Virus record (IMG/VR): IMGVR_UViG_3300022555_000004
Direction: 5' to 3' (one strand)
Length of the DNA: 64,000 nt
Origin: a virus
Taxonomy: Duplodnaviria; Caudoviricetes
Below are positions 28,797 through 38,544 of this stretch, piece by piece. The translations under genes and the position numbers were made by a program. Position 1 is the stretch's first letter, and every line of letters begins with the position of its first letter. Below the pieces are notes generated by a model. The model worked only from the letters and a program-made list of their open reading frames with translations. It ran no database searches and had not been told where the DNA came from.

Positions 28797-29060
28797 CTAT
28801 TTGCCTCTCTTATCAAGAACTAATTTCGTATATAATACCATCATTACTTTACGTAAAAGTAATATAACAATAACAATTGGCCAAAATATACCACCCCAAC
28901 TACTCAGGGCAAACCAAATACAAAAATCAGAGAAATCAATATAATCCAAATATACATTTTGTGATTTAACCCAATAAATAAATGTCCCAAACCAAAATAC
29001 AATCCCTATAATAATATAACTAATCCAAAATTCTAACATTTTATATAACCTCACTTTCAA
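28797..29060 (-). CDS. Small membrane protein (FWP motif family)
   Basis: GIFWPI. Confidence 0.55.
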   Translation of the reverse strand: MKVRLYKMLEFWISYIIIGIVFWFGTFIYWVKSQNVYLDYIDFSDFCIWFALSSWGGIFWPIVIVILLLRKVMMVLYTKLVLDKRGK

Positions 29061-29094
29061 ATAATACTATATCATATTATTTCAAATTCGGCAA

Positions 29095-30222
29095 TCACTT
29101 TATTCCCTTGCCGAATAAGGATAAATACGAACTCACATATGCCTTTAAATTCTTATAGCCATTATCTTCCCAAAACAATTGATCATGAACCTTACCATAA
29201 TCATTTTCAAAGGTAGCCACACGATAATCAATATCATTTGCCAATGATTCAATATGATTTATAATCCCATCTTCATCATTACTAATACATGACATATCCT
29301 TATATGGTTCAATATCACTATATACGCCGGGACAACCAATAACAGTATATTCTAAACATTTGATATTCGACTTACTCTCATTAAATATGCCAGGTGATAA
29401 CAAAGCCACACATATATCTAAATCTAATGATTTTAAATGTGCTGGATAATCAAATATGCTCTTCCATCCATGAAATTCAATTTTATCTTTTATATCCTCT
29501 AATTCAACAGGACAAGCCCCACTAAATACCCAACAATATTTGTCAACTGTTTTCTTAATAAAATTCAATATCTTATCACCAAAATCACCACCACGAATAC
29601 CATTTTTATATTCAGCCGAATTAATATTACAAAAATGATTCTCCGATCCAGCCCATCCAATTCGCGGTCGCTCACTAATAGAACGATGATGCCTATCTAT
29701 TCTAACATCACCCCAAATAAATTTAGGTAAATGATTAGGTATAACTACAATATTATTACAATATGCACTATATATCTCTTTTAATTTATTAGTGCTAACA
29801 GTCATACCATCAACTATCTCCATCATTTTATATATCGCCCCATTATTACTATTGTAAAATGATGATGCATAATTCCATGCAGGTATGTCCTGTAATAAAT
29901 CATCAATCTCATATATGATCGGAACCTTCACTAACTTCCTTATGTTCCTTATGTAATGCTGAAATATCCGTAAATGCTGATCTGTTGCTGAACGCTGAAA
30001 TTGAACAAATGTATATGATTTATAAAAATTAGGGTCATTTATAAAACTTGTGGTGTAATCTGCCTCAAATGCATAACCATTATCCTTATCACGATATAAA
30101 TTCAATAATAACGATGGATACATAATTCGTATATGAGCGCAACCTTGACGATCTCCCATATATGACATAAATCTAAATTTCGCAGGCCCATTTATAATAC
30201 TCAATTCTTTATCATTCACCAT
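29095..30222 (-). CDS. GT-B fold glycosyltransferase
   Basis: YEIDD, IGWAGS..H, NESKSNIKCLEY. Confidence 0.8.
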   Translation of the reverse strand: MVNDKELSIINGPAKFRFMSYMGDRQGCAHIRIMYPSLLLNLYRDKDNGYAFEADYTTSFINDPNFYKSYTFVQFQRSATDQHLRIFQHYIRNIRKLVKVPIIYEIDDLLQDIPAWNYASSFYNSNNGAIYKMMEIVDGMTVSTNKLKEIYSAYCNNIVVIPNHLPKFIWGDVRIDRHHRSISERPRIGWAGSENHFCNINSAEYKNGIRGGDFGDKILNFIKKTVDKYCWVFSGACPVELEDIKDKIEFHGWKSIFDYPAHLKSLDLDICVALLSPGIFNESKSNIKCLEYTVIGCPGVYSDIEPYKDMSCISNDEDGIINHIESLANDIDYRVATFENDYGKVHDQLFWEDNGYKNLKAYVSSYLSLFGKGIK

Positions 30223-30345
30223 TTATATCCTACCCTCTATTCTATATATTTTTGGTTCATTATTCGTTATGTTCGTATCATCTATCCCAATGCCACATAT
30301 CTCACATATATTCCTCTTTTTATCCAATATGTTCACTAAATCCTT

Positions 30346-30690
30346 CTAATCAACTATATCATATTTCGGTGGATTAATATTCGGATTAGGTTCGTTATCC
30401 TTGTGTCGTTCATTCTCTGGTTTATCTAAATCTAACCACATCATAGTGCCATGTGGTATGTCACGAATATCATCATGATTTGTACAATCCTGTATTCCAA
30501 TCAAATTCGCACCACTATCACCATCAATAAATTTATGTAAAATATATTTCTTATCCTTATGATCAATAACTATGCCTTCATCAACACGAAACATACAATA
30601 TAACGCCTTTACAAAAATGTTGAATCCTAATCTGTCCTCTGGATGCTCTAAATGGTCTGCCGGTACTAATATCTCATTCTCATTTATCAT
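30346..30690 (-). CDS. Hypothetical protein
   Basis: ORF with RBS. Confidence 0.55.
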   Translation of the reverse strand: MINENEILVPADHLEHPEDRLGFNIFVKALYCMFRVDEGIVIDHKDKKYILHKFIDGDSGANLIGIQDCTNHDDIRDIPHGTMMWLDLDKPENERHKDNEPNPNINPPKYDIVD

Positions 30691-30803
30691 ATATCTAAAT
30701 CCTCCTATAATTTTTCCTATTATGCCAGTATATAATTTTATATCTAATCTAACCTAGGACTGGCCTTGGATAATGAACCAATAATAATCCACAATAATCC
30801 ATT

Positions 30804-31526
30804 TTACTCTACCCTTTTTGCTTTATCAGGCTTCAAAACTTTTTCAACGGTCATACCCTTGTATTTCTTGCCATGCTGCAGTGCCCATAAAATACTCGAC
30901 TTGGCAAACTCTTTGTGTGTTTTACAAAACCCATTCAGGCTATCATTCTCGATTGTAATCACTTCACCATCAGGTTTCGTGAGGATGTAGTTCCATAACG
31001 CCCTATTGTTCTTAATTCCCATCTTGCTCTGTCGTTCTTTCTCTCTGGTTGCGGGATTGTCCATAGGATTCCATACTTCCATTCTTTTCTTGGCATGTTC
31101 TATCTTTGAGAGATTGCCTGTCAATTTTTTACTGATTTTTGCCTTAATTTCGTCAGATTTTTCTTTGCCATGGATTTCTTCTAATGTTCTGTGGTCGCCG
31201 TATCTGCCGGCATTTTCACCTGCCATATCCTCATTGATAACAAGATTATATCCCATTTCATCTGATTTGTATTCGCCGATGTAATATTTTAATAATTCTT
31301 TTGCCTCGTCCACATCCTGACATTCATCCAGTATTTCCCATTTGAAATATTGTGTGCCTAAGTGTTTGATTATTCTATGGATTTCATCTTTTGGATTTTC
31401 TAATTGGGAATGATACAAGTGGAAGTGTAATCTTTGTTTTAGTGGCATATGGGTCATTTCTATATAGACAGATGGGATGTCACGATTTGCCGTCATCATA
31501 TTGGTTGCCATGAGGATAATATACAT
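30804..31526 (-). CDS. Divergent GIY-YIG-derived protein
   Basis: YIIL.ATN...VYIEMT (altered motif), FKWEILDEC, GYNL, C-terminal DNA-binding module. Confidence 0.6.
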   Translation of the reverse strand: MYIILMATNMMTANRDIPSVYIEMTHMPLKQRLHFHLYHSQLENPKDEIHRIIKHLGTQYFKWEILDECQDVDEAKELLKYYIGEYKSDEMGYNLVINEDMAGENAGRYGDHRTLEEIHGKEKSDEIKAKISKKLTGNLSKIEHAKKRMEVWNPMDNPATREKERQSKMGIKNNRALWNYILTKPDGEVITIENDSLNGFCKTHKEFAKSSILWALQHGKKYKGMTVEKVLKPDKAKRVE

Positions 31527-31529
31527 AGA

Positions 31530-32200
31530 TGTTATAAGTCCTTGTTATGATTGGTATTAATACTGCTTGACTTTTTTACAATAATATGATATAATGAAGC
31601 ATGGAGTGTATATAATATAAGGGTTAACATTATGACCACATTTGATTTAGTATAACACATTATATAAAATATGTCAAGTTATTTATTTTATCTGCGGTCG
31701 AAAATAACGACCGCAAAATAAATAGATTGCCTTATATGACGTTTTGTGATATAATAGGAATGATATATATAATATTAATATTGGATTTTACGCATGCCGC
31801 TCTAAGGATATTATATCACATTATGGAAAATAAGGCAAGCGTTATTTTCATACTGGCAAAAGATAATGCTTGATTTCTCGATGATAATGTGATATAATGG
31901 GAGTGATGCGTAACTCGCCGAGGGTCTAATAATATCAAGTAGTTAGACAGAAACAATCATAATATCTACTTATATAAAATAGTAGTTTTTGTATTCCAAA
32001 ATGAAACAGAAAAACTAAGATATGACTTTTTATTAGAACAAAATTTAAGAAATCATGAAAACCAGACTATGCCTACATAAGAATGTATCATGTCCATATC
32101 AGGGACATGATATAAAAACGTGTCCAAATTATATCAAAATATGGACACGATAATAAAGCTTGACTTTTATTGAAAAAGGGTATATACTATAAGGGTATTT
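31530..32200. other. AT-rich non-coding region with clustered promoter-like motifs and hairpins; candidate replication origin
   Basis: No long ORF; repeated TTGA/C...GATATAAT on both strands; inverted repeats near 31681..31724 and 32085..32152. Confidence 0.5.
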
Positions 32201-32220
32201 TGGGAGGGTGGGATCAGCAA

Positions 32221-32434
32221 AACACATTTTCGTGATGCTATGCCACCGGAGCAAAAAGCGAACACATTTTCGTGATGCTATGCCACCGGGCGCAAAAAGC
32301 GAACACATTTTCGTGATGCTATGCCACCGGGCGCAAAAAGCGAACACATTTTCGTGATGCTATGCCACCGGGCGCAAAAAGCGAACACATTTTCGTGATG
32401 CTATGCCACCGGGCGCAAAAAGCGAACACATTTT
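32221..32434. repeat. 41-bp tandem repeat, five copies plus a partial sixth
   Basis: AACACATTTTCGTGATGCTATGCCACCGGGCGCAAAAAGCG starting at 32221, 32261, 32302, 32343, 32384, 32425. Confidence 0.95.
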
Positions 32435-32464
32435 TTAGCCGAACATATATGCGGACAAAATGTC

Positions 32465-32989
32465 CTATATCTTGATATTATTGAAATTGATGATTTCACC
32501 ATTACTGATGATGCACTCAATATATCGTCTGGCGGTTTCCTCGCCTCTATCTCTCAATAGGCGAGATACGTGTAATGGTAATTCTATCATATAGCCAGAC
32601 CCACAATTAGTCATATTCACCGAATGTTCTTTGAAGATTTTATCAACCAAATCGTATGCTTCTTTTGATGGATATGAATACCCACTATGTTCTCTCAATA
32701 TGCGTTTATTACAGATTTTACACTTACTGACCGTGTATTGTGATCCACTAAATTCATCTGTTTCGACCTTATAGGTTATGGTTGGTTCAAAGACATGAAT
32801 ACAATCAATATGCTTACACTTTTTACAATATCTAATGCCACCGTAGCCGGTGCCCCCATTCAGGGTTGAAATGTTCTTGTGCCGGTGATTCAAAATCAAT
32901 CGAATAGAACGACCCTTTTTCATTACACTTACTTGTCCAACATAATGACGCATTGATGTAATCATGCTTGAAGCAAAATTTTCTATCAT
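32465..32989 (-). CDS. Hypothetical protein with Cys motifs (true start probably downstream)
   Basis: YCKKCKHIDC, CKIC. Confidence 0.5.
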   Translation of the reverse strand: MIENFASSMITSMRHYVGQVSVMKKGRSIRLILNHRHKNISTLNGGTGYGGIRYCKKCKHIDCIHVFEPTITYKVETDEFSGSQYTVSKCKICNKRILREHSGYSYPSKEAYDLVDKIFKEHSVNMTNCGSGYMIELPLHVSRLLRDRGEETARRYIECIISNGEIINFNNIKI

Positions 32990-33062
32990 TGATGTTCATT
33001 AGCAATGCTTTCGATTTTTCATCATAGTAGTTTTTGATACTATCGGTTATTTTGATTTCCAT
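32832..33062 (-). CDS. Hypothetical protein
   Basis: GGAG RBS plus ATG. Confidence 0.55.
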   Translation of the reverse strand: MEIKITDSIKNYYDEKSKALLMNINDRKFCFKHDYINASLCWTSKCNEKGSFYSIDFESPAQEHFNPEWGHRLRWH

Positions 33063-33074
33063 AAATTCTCCAAT

Positions 33075-33660
33075 TTTTAGATTTTGATGCTCGCCGCCCG
33101 GAGCTCAAATGTCACTTTTATAAAATTTCAGTTGGTAAGGATTCCTTACATACTGACCAAGACGCAATAGCCATAGGGTGCCTAGGCGGGTTATGTAAAA
33201 GAGGGTATTACAGAGGGGATCGAGACCCTCATTTCCCCACAAATATGATGAGCAGGGATCTTCTATTAGATGATCCTGATATTCACATTCATTAGATATA
33301 AGAAAAAAGAGGAACGTATGTAAGGTCGCGGCCCGTGTATCCAACCTTCGGCTAATCTGGGCAGGGCTTACTTCATATCCCTCTTTTTGTATTTTCTACT
33401 TGTGTGAACACCCAAGGGCTCTAACACAAGTAATGTTTGGTTTGGTCAATGGAGTCGAACCATACCTTATACGTCACAGTATTCAAATCTTGCCCGATCG
33501 AGAGAAAATTTGATACCCTTGCAAGTTGTATAAGTCGCCGGATACCACATGTTTCATTATACGGTGGGTGTTTACACCACTTAGTGTTATTTCTTAACAA
33601 ACCGTATTTCGTGTAGGTGATAAGGGGTATCAAATTTAACCACTTGATTTGTTGATGTTC
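33075..33660 (-). ncRNA. Candidate large structured non-coding RNA
   Basis: Follows a sigma70 promoter; multiple long inverted repeats; GC-richer than flanks. Confidence 0.5.
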
Positions 33661-33678
33661 CCCTCACTCATTAAATAC

Positions 33679-33707
33679 ATTATACCTCATTTTATTCATT
33701 TTGTCAA
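33679..33707 (-). promoter_or_regulatory. Sigma70 promoter
   Basis: TTGACA-17nt-TATAAT. Confidence 0.8.
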
Positions 33708-34019
33708 GAAGTATTTTACGCAATAAAAAAGAGTGCCTTCTGACCAGCACTCTTTTCTACTCAACGAATAAATTTATCTTTTATTTTGAAGATGGTCGGT
33801 GTATTAATTATACGACTATGGGGGTGCTATATGTATTGACGAGATACCATTCACCCACTTATAGGTTGGATTACGTCATTTACCAACAGCACCGACACCA
33901 CTTCATTTGAACGAAAGAAACAATGAGGATGTAACCCCATATTGTCGGCTTGTAGGCCGCAGTTTTCCATCTTAAACTACATTTCCTTCATCCGTATCCA
34001 AACTGTTTTGTATATTAAT

Positions 34020-34532
34020 CTATAGACCTAAATCAGCCAAAGCATGATTCAAACCAGCATTTTTGATATGTAGTAACAAAAATTCATTTATAGTAGGTAC
34101 TATAGGCTTATGTTTAGGAAACATTTTAGCTTCAGCACAAGACTTGTTATCCTTTTTGTTGTTACATGGGATACATGCCATCACGCAGTTATCGAAAGAT
34201 GACATACCACCTTTTGATCTGGGCACGATATGGTCAATAGAGCTATCTTGTTTGATTTCTTTACCACAATATTGACAGGTAAAGTTATCCCTTATAAGCA
34301 AGTTACGTTTACTGAACGGAACCTTCTTGCGCCATATAGAACGCACGTATTTCAGCAATCTAATAACTTCTGGAACAAACAATTCGATTGTTTGTTCAAA
34401 GTTACGGATAATTTGTTTAGTTGCCTTGATGACTTCGATTTTACCTTTTGACCATAATTTTAGGGCCTTATGTAATGTGATTAGACCTAATGGACTGTAA
34501 TCAGCATTTATTAATAACACTTGTGATTTCAT
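34020..34532 (-). CDS. HNH endonuclease (McrA-like)
   Basis: RDNFTCQYCG, IDHIVPRSKGG, CIPCNNKK. Confidence 0.9.
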   Translation of the reverse strand: MKSQVLLINADYSPLGLITLHKALKLWSKGKIEVIKATKQIIRNFEQTIELFVPEVIRLLKYVRSIWRKKVPFSKRNLLIRDNFTCQYCGKEIKQDSSIDHIVPRSKGGMSSFDNCVMACIPCNNKKDNKSCAEAKMFPKHKPIVPTINEFLLLHIKNAGLNHALADLGL

Positions 34533-34547
34533 ATATAAACCTCTTTT

Positions 34548-34823
34548 CTAGTAAATGACTTTTTCTGCTCCTCTGATTAATTTATCCCCTTTAACACCAT
34601 CTTTCAATAAGGAATTATCCTCTTTGATTTGTTTTAAGAAGATGTCATATTCCTTTAGTATATCGTTTTTTGATACTTGTTTTCCATCACCGTATTTCAG
34701 GATTTTGATATTGTCTATACAGAAGATACATAGGGAACCGTTTAATGGTTCATTTGTTTTAGGGTTCTCTGTATGAACGAATCCCGGCGGTAAGAATTTT
34801 CTACATTTTTGACACATTGGCAT
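34548..34823 (-). CDS. Zn-binding hypothetical protein
   Basis: CQKC...CIFC. Confidence 0.6.
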   Translation of the reverse strand: MPMCQKCRKFLPPGFVHTENPKTNEPLNGSLCIFCIDNIKILKYGDGKQVSKNDILKEYDIFLKQIKEDNSLLKDGVKGDKLIRGAEKVIY

Positions 34824-34878
34824 TTGAGTATTGCTCCTTACTTTTTATTTTATATTACATATATGGTTATAAGTCAAG

Positions 34879-36195
34879 TTATTTCTTTTTACTTACAGGA
34901 AGCGTTTTAATTTTAGACCAATCCCATACTATATCCGTTTCTTTTACATCTAACATGGCACACATTCGTAAAAATCCTTTTCGACCATGTTCTGTATCTA
35001 TGTCAGCATCAACTGCCTCTTTGTATATTTTTAGAGCATTCCATGATGACCATAGAGCTTTCCATTCTTTTTGTATATCATCATAACCCCATACATCATG
35101 ATCCCACATTTTCTCTGTCCATATTTCTGTCATACGGACAACAACTGTGAATAATTCGATTTTATTCATCAATCTGGCCATTTTATGTTCATATTCTTTT
35201 TTCTTATATGTCGGATCACATGCTAGTGATAAGTCGAATACATAGTGTGCCATAATGGATTTGATACGATCCCATTTTCTATGATAATTTTCAGCACCTA
35301 TATACCTAAACTCAATATATTCATTGGCAGAATTTAGGTGTTCTATGTTGATCGCCATATAGTGGTCAGCGGGATATTCTTTTTTCAATCCGGTCACATC
35401 AATCAATTTTGTGGCTAATTTTGGGGCATTTAATCTTATCAAGGAACGATTAACTGTATCATGTGCTGACCTAGCATATGTATTAAATTCTCTTGCTGCA
35501 AAAAAATTATAGATATACCCTTCATCCATGAATAGAGATAACTTAGTAATATCAATTGCTTCACCGAGATTAGGAACATTTTTCAATGACATACTGATAT
35601 GGAAGCCACATGCATCGTCTATCTCGGCAGCAGGGCCCATGTTGTTTATATACTCAAACACTTTTGGGCAAATTTCCAAAAATTCTTTTAGGGGCAGGAT
35701 AGGTGACACAATTTCCAGACCGTGCAATCCTAGTGACCCATCGGGTTTGATGACCCATTTTTTAGCCGACTTAACATTATGGTCATGTGTAATAATCATG
35801 TTTTTGAACGGTAGTGTTTCTAAGTTCAAAAAGTCTTTTATCAATTTTCTGAATAGTTGATCCTTGTCTATTTTGAGATTAGGATATACTTCATCAGGTG
35901 GTGGTATTTCATCACCTATTTCATATCCTGCTTCAACTGCCCATTCAGGTAAATTTGGTAAAGGTTCTGTATTATTATCTATTGATGTCCATGCTTCTAG
36001 TTTATCATCATATTCTTCTTGTTCGATTGCCATGTCCTGCATTTTATCAAACATATCAACTTGCTTTTCATACTTGTCTATGAACGGCGGCACTTTAAAT
36101 TCAAATTCAGCACCGACATATACGTTTGGATTAGTCAGGGCTTGACTTATATCTTGCTTAGATACTTTTTCTAATAGAAGTTCTCTTAATGTCAT
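34879..36195 (-). CDS. Putative amidoligase family protein, second paralog
   Basis: VGAEFEF, DGSL...GLEIVSP, CGFHISMS, IEFR; MTLRELLLE. Confidence 0.75.
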   Translation of the reverse strand: MTLRELLLEKVSKQDISQALTNPNVYVGAEFEFKVPPFIDKYEKQVDMFDKMQDMAIEQEEYDDKLEAWTSIDNNTEPLPNLPEWAVEAGYEIGDEIPPPDEVYPNLKIDKDQLFRKLIKDFLNLETLPFKNMIITHDHNVKSAKKWVIKPDGSLGLHGLEIVSPILPLKEFLEICPKVFEYINNMGPAAEIDDACGFHISMSLKNVPNLGEAIDITKLSLFMDEGYIYNFFAAREFNTYARSAHDTVNRSLIRLNAPKLATKLIDVTGLKKEYPADHYMAINIEHLNSANEYIEFRYIGAENYHRKWDRIKSIMAHYVFDLSLACDPTYKKKEYEHKMARLMNKIELFTVVVRMTEIWTEKMWDHDVWGYDDIQKEWKALWSSWNALKIYKEAVDADIDTEHGRKGFLRMCAMLDVKETDIVWDWSKIKTLPVSKKK

Positions 36196-36257
36196 TTGTT
36201 ATACCTCTTGTTATTTTAATATTCTTATTTATGTCTTTACAATAGCTTTATGTTTTT

Positions 36258-36342
36258 CTAAATAATAGAAGGTAATCCAGATGTGTGGACATACTGGAAA
36301 CAGCGGAGCGAACAGCTGCTGTCCCTTCTCATTCTATTTATA
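36258..36342 (+). ncRNA. Conserved structured leader, copy 2
   Basis: GAAGG TAA TCCAG...CTGGA AA CAGC...GCTG TC CCTTC...TATTTATA. Confidence 0.7.
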
Positions 36343-36356
36343 AGGAGCGACTGTCT

Positions 36357-37053
36357 ATGTCAAACAAAATTTTTGGTGTAATCTATAAAGCAACTAATCT
36401 TATTAATGGTAAATGTTATATTGGACAAACAATACGATTTAAAAAACGAAAATATGACCATATATTCTGGTCTATAAATGAACTAGATAATTTCTATTTT
36501 CATAATTCCATAAGAAAGCACGGCGTTGGTAATTTCAGTTGGGAAATTATTTATGAATGTGATGATAAATTGTTACTAAATGTAATGGAAACATTTAAAA
36601 TTATGACACATCATAGCCATGTTAGTGAAGGCAAAGGATATAATCTAACTTGGGGCGGTGATGTTATATATGGCAGACCTTGTTCAGAAGAAACTAAGGA
36701 AAAAATAAGGCAAACACAATTAGGTAAACATATTACTGATGAAACACGAATAAAAAATGTGTATTGCTCAACAAAACAGGCCCACAATATCAGAAGAAAC
36801 AAGAATAAAGAAGAAAACGTTTCGTCATTCAATTGACACTAAAACAAAAATGCGTGAAAATACAATAGGTTCTCTTAATGGGTTTTATGGTAAAAAACAC
36901 ACAGATGAAACTAAAGCAAAATGGAAAAATAGACCTGTTTGGAATAAGGGCATACCAAGATCAGAAGAAACAAAACAAAAAATACGTGAAACTAAGTTAC
37001 GAAACAAACGTTTTAACCTTCAATGTACTCTGGATGAACAAGTTGTTTTATAA
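36357..37053 (+). pseudogene. GIY-YIG/NUMOD3 homing endonuclease with a +1 frameshift in an A6 run (36752..36757)
   Basis: VIYKATNLINGKCYIG; NUMOD3 repeats continue in the second frame. Confidence 0.75.
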
Positions 37054-37534
37054 TAGTATTGCAAAACAGATCCCATTCCGGTAATTTATGTCCAAGTCTT
37101 TGTTTGTATATGTTACGCAATGTCTTATAACTATAACAACAAATTCGTGTTTGTATAAAACTACTAGGCAACAATCTTCGTAGACCTATAAAATCTTTAC
37201 TTAATCTACATTTTTCCAGTTCATCTAATATAATATTAGGGATAGGAACTTCAAACATATCTTGTGATATTTGTTTTTTCATTAGAGTATGCATTGTTGA
37301 TGTTGATTGTTTAGTACCTATTCGATATGTATCTAATTGATTATACCAATATAGAGGCGCATCAATTTTTAACCATACCATTATGCTCTCCAAGAATTTA
37401 TTATGTCCACCATCTTTATTGTATAATGTTTGTGATACTTTTTGTAATTGGTCTTTATCGGTTATATTATAGGATAGGCCAAGACCTAATAGAGCTTCAT
37501 TATAACCAGATTCGTTTAAAATTGAAATTTTCAT
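37013..37534 (-). CDS. ThyX-like (flavin-dependent thymidylate synthase-related) protein
   Basis: KFLESI.VW..I.APLYW..Q.DTYR, STSTMH, NY-like KTLRNIY.QR..HKLPEW. Confidence 0.65.
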   Translation of the reverse strand: MKISILNESGYNEALLGLGLSYNITDKDQLQKVSQTLYNKDGGHNKFLESIMVWLKIDAPLYWYNQLDTYRIGTKQSTSTMHTLMKKQISQDMFEVPIPNIILDELEKCRLSKDFIGLRRLLPSSFIQTRICCYSYKTLRNIYKQRLGHKLPEWDLFCNTIIKQLVHPEYIEG

Positions 37535-37537
37535 AAA

Positions 37538-37756
37538 TTATCTAATCCTTTCTTTTAAATCATACACACTTTTATTATATACAAGGCCGCCTAACAGGAT
37601 AGCGTCATTCATTTGTGATTTTTGATACCAACTCATTAATGACCCACCTATAAAAATTCCTATCAGGATAATGAAAAAGAACCAAAATCCTGCTTTGTGA
37701 AACATGTTGACCGTCTTCGTATACACATCTTTGATATCTTGCTTAAAATCTTTCAT
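37538..37756 (-). CDS. Small membrane protein
   Basis: One TM segment. Confidence 0.55.
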   Translation of the reverse strand: MKDFKQDIKDVYTKTVNMFHKAGFWFFFIILIGIFIGGSLMSWYQKSQMNDAILLGGLVYNKSVYDLKERIR

Positions 37757-37768
37757 TTTCTTATTCTC

Positions 37769-38281
37769 CTATACAACAGTTTTTAATTTATGGTATAATG
37801 CAAACACTTTTTTAACTTGATCTCGTCCTCGATCTGAATCTAGTGGATATCCTTTATATAACATCAATGCTTTTATCATATCACCTTTAGCATAATCAAT
37901 TTTTTCTCGTAGGATGCGTGTGCCAATAAGGATATTGGCATCTGATTGATATACAGCGTGTGGAATTTGCATCAGACCTTTATAACCAGCACTTGAAACA
38001 GCATTTTGTTTAAACTGTGATTCCGTCCACGTCAAGGCTATGATTAGGTCAACCGAGATATTGTTTTGTTCGGATGCAAAACCTATAGCGTTGATTAGTT
38101 TTGGGTTACTAGATACACCGATATGGTTCAATTTTCGTTTTATTGGACTTTCGGTTGCAATAGATGCAGTGATAGATACAGGAACAAACGATTTTGCTTC
38201 TGTATGGTATTGATAAAATATTGTAGCCACAAGACACAAAATAATCAATGATTGTGTAAATTTTTTGATTATTATATTCAT
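37769..38281 (-). CDS. Membrane-anchored lytic transglycosylase (SLT)
   Basis: ALTWTESQF..NAVSSAGYKGLMQI. Confidence 0.85.
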   Translation of the reverse strand: MNIIIKKFTQSLIILCLVATIFYQYHTEAKSFVPVSITASIATESPIKRKLNHIGVSSNPKLINAIGFASEQNNISVDLIIALTWTESQFKQNAVSSAGYKGLMQIPHAVYQSDANILIGTRILREKIDYAKGDMIKALMLYKGYPLDSDRGRDQVKKVFALYHKLKTVV

Positions 38282-38315
38282 GGTTATATACCTCCTATGT
38301 AGTGCGCATAGAAAA

Positions 38316-38522
38316 TTAACGCACCAAGCTAGTGAAGAAATATCCCTGATGTTTGCCAAAGGCTTTCGATAACGTCATTAGTTGCCTCACATCTGGAAAA
38401 AGAGCTCCTGTTTCAATATTATTGATAACTTCTTCACTTAGTCCCGATTTTTGAGATAACATAAGAACAGACAAATTAACCTTCATCCGTTCCTGTTTTA
38501 TTTGTTCCCCAAAATAATTCAC
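38316..38522 (-). CDS. XRE-family HTH regulator
   Basis: LSQKSGLS...INNIETG. Confidence 0.8.
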   Translation of the reverse strand: MNYFGEQIKQERMKVNLSVLMLSQKSGLSEEVINNIETGALFPDVRQLMTLSKAFGKHQGYFFTSLVR

Positions 38523-38544
38523 TTTTGTTTTTATATCCTCCTGA

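Noticed and set aside
32221-32434. CRISPR array
   Set aside because: The repeats are contiguous with no unique spacers, and no cas genes are in the window.
33915-33988. Additional tRNA (Val-like) on the minus strand
   Set aside because: D-arm and anticodon-like stems are visible, but the acceptor pairs poorly, the loops are 6 nt and there is no CCA. At most a pseudo-tRNA.
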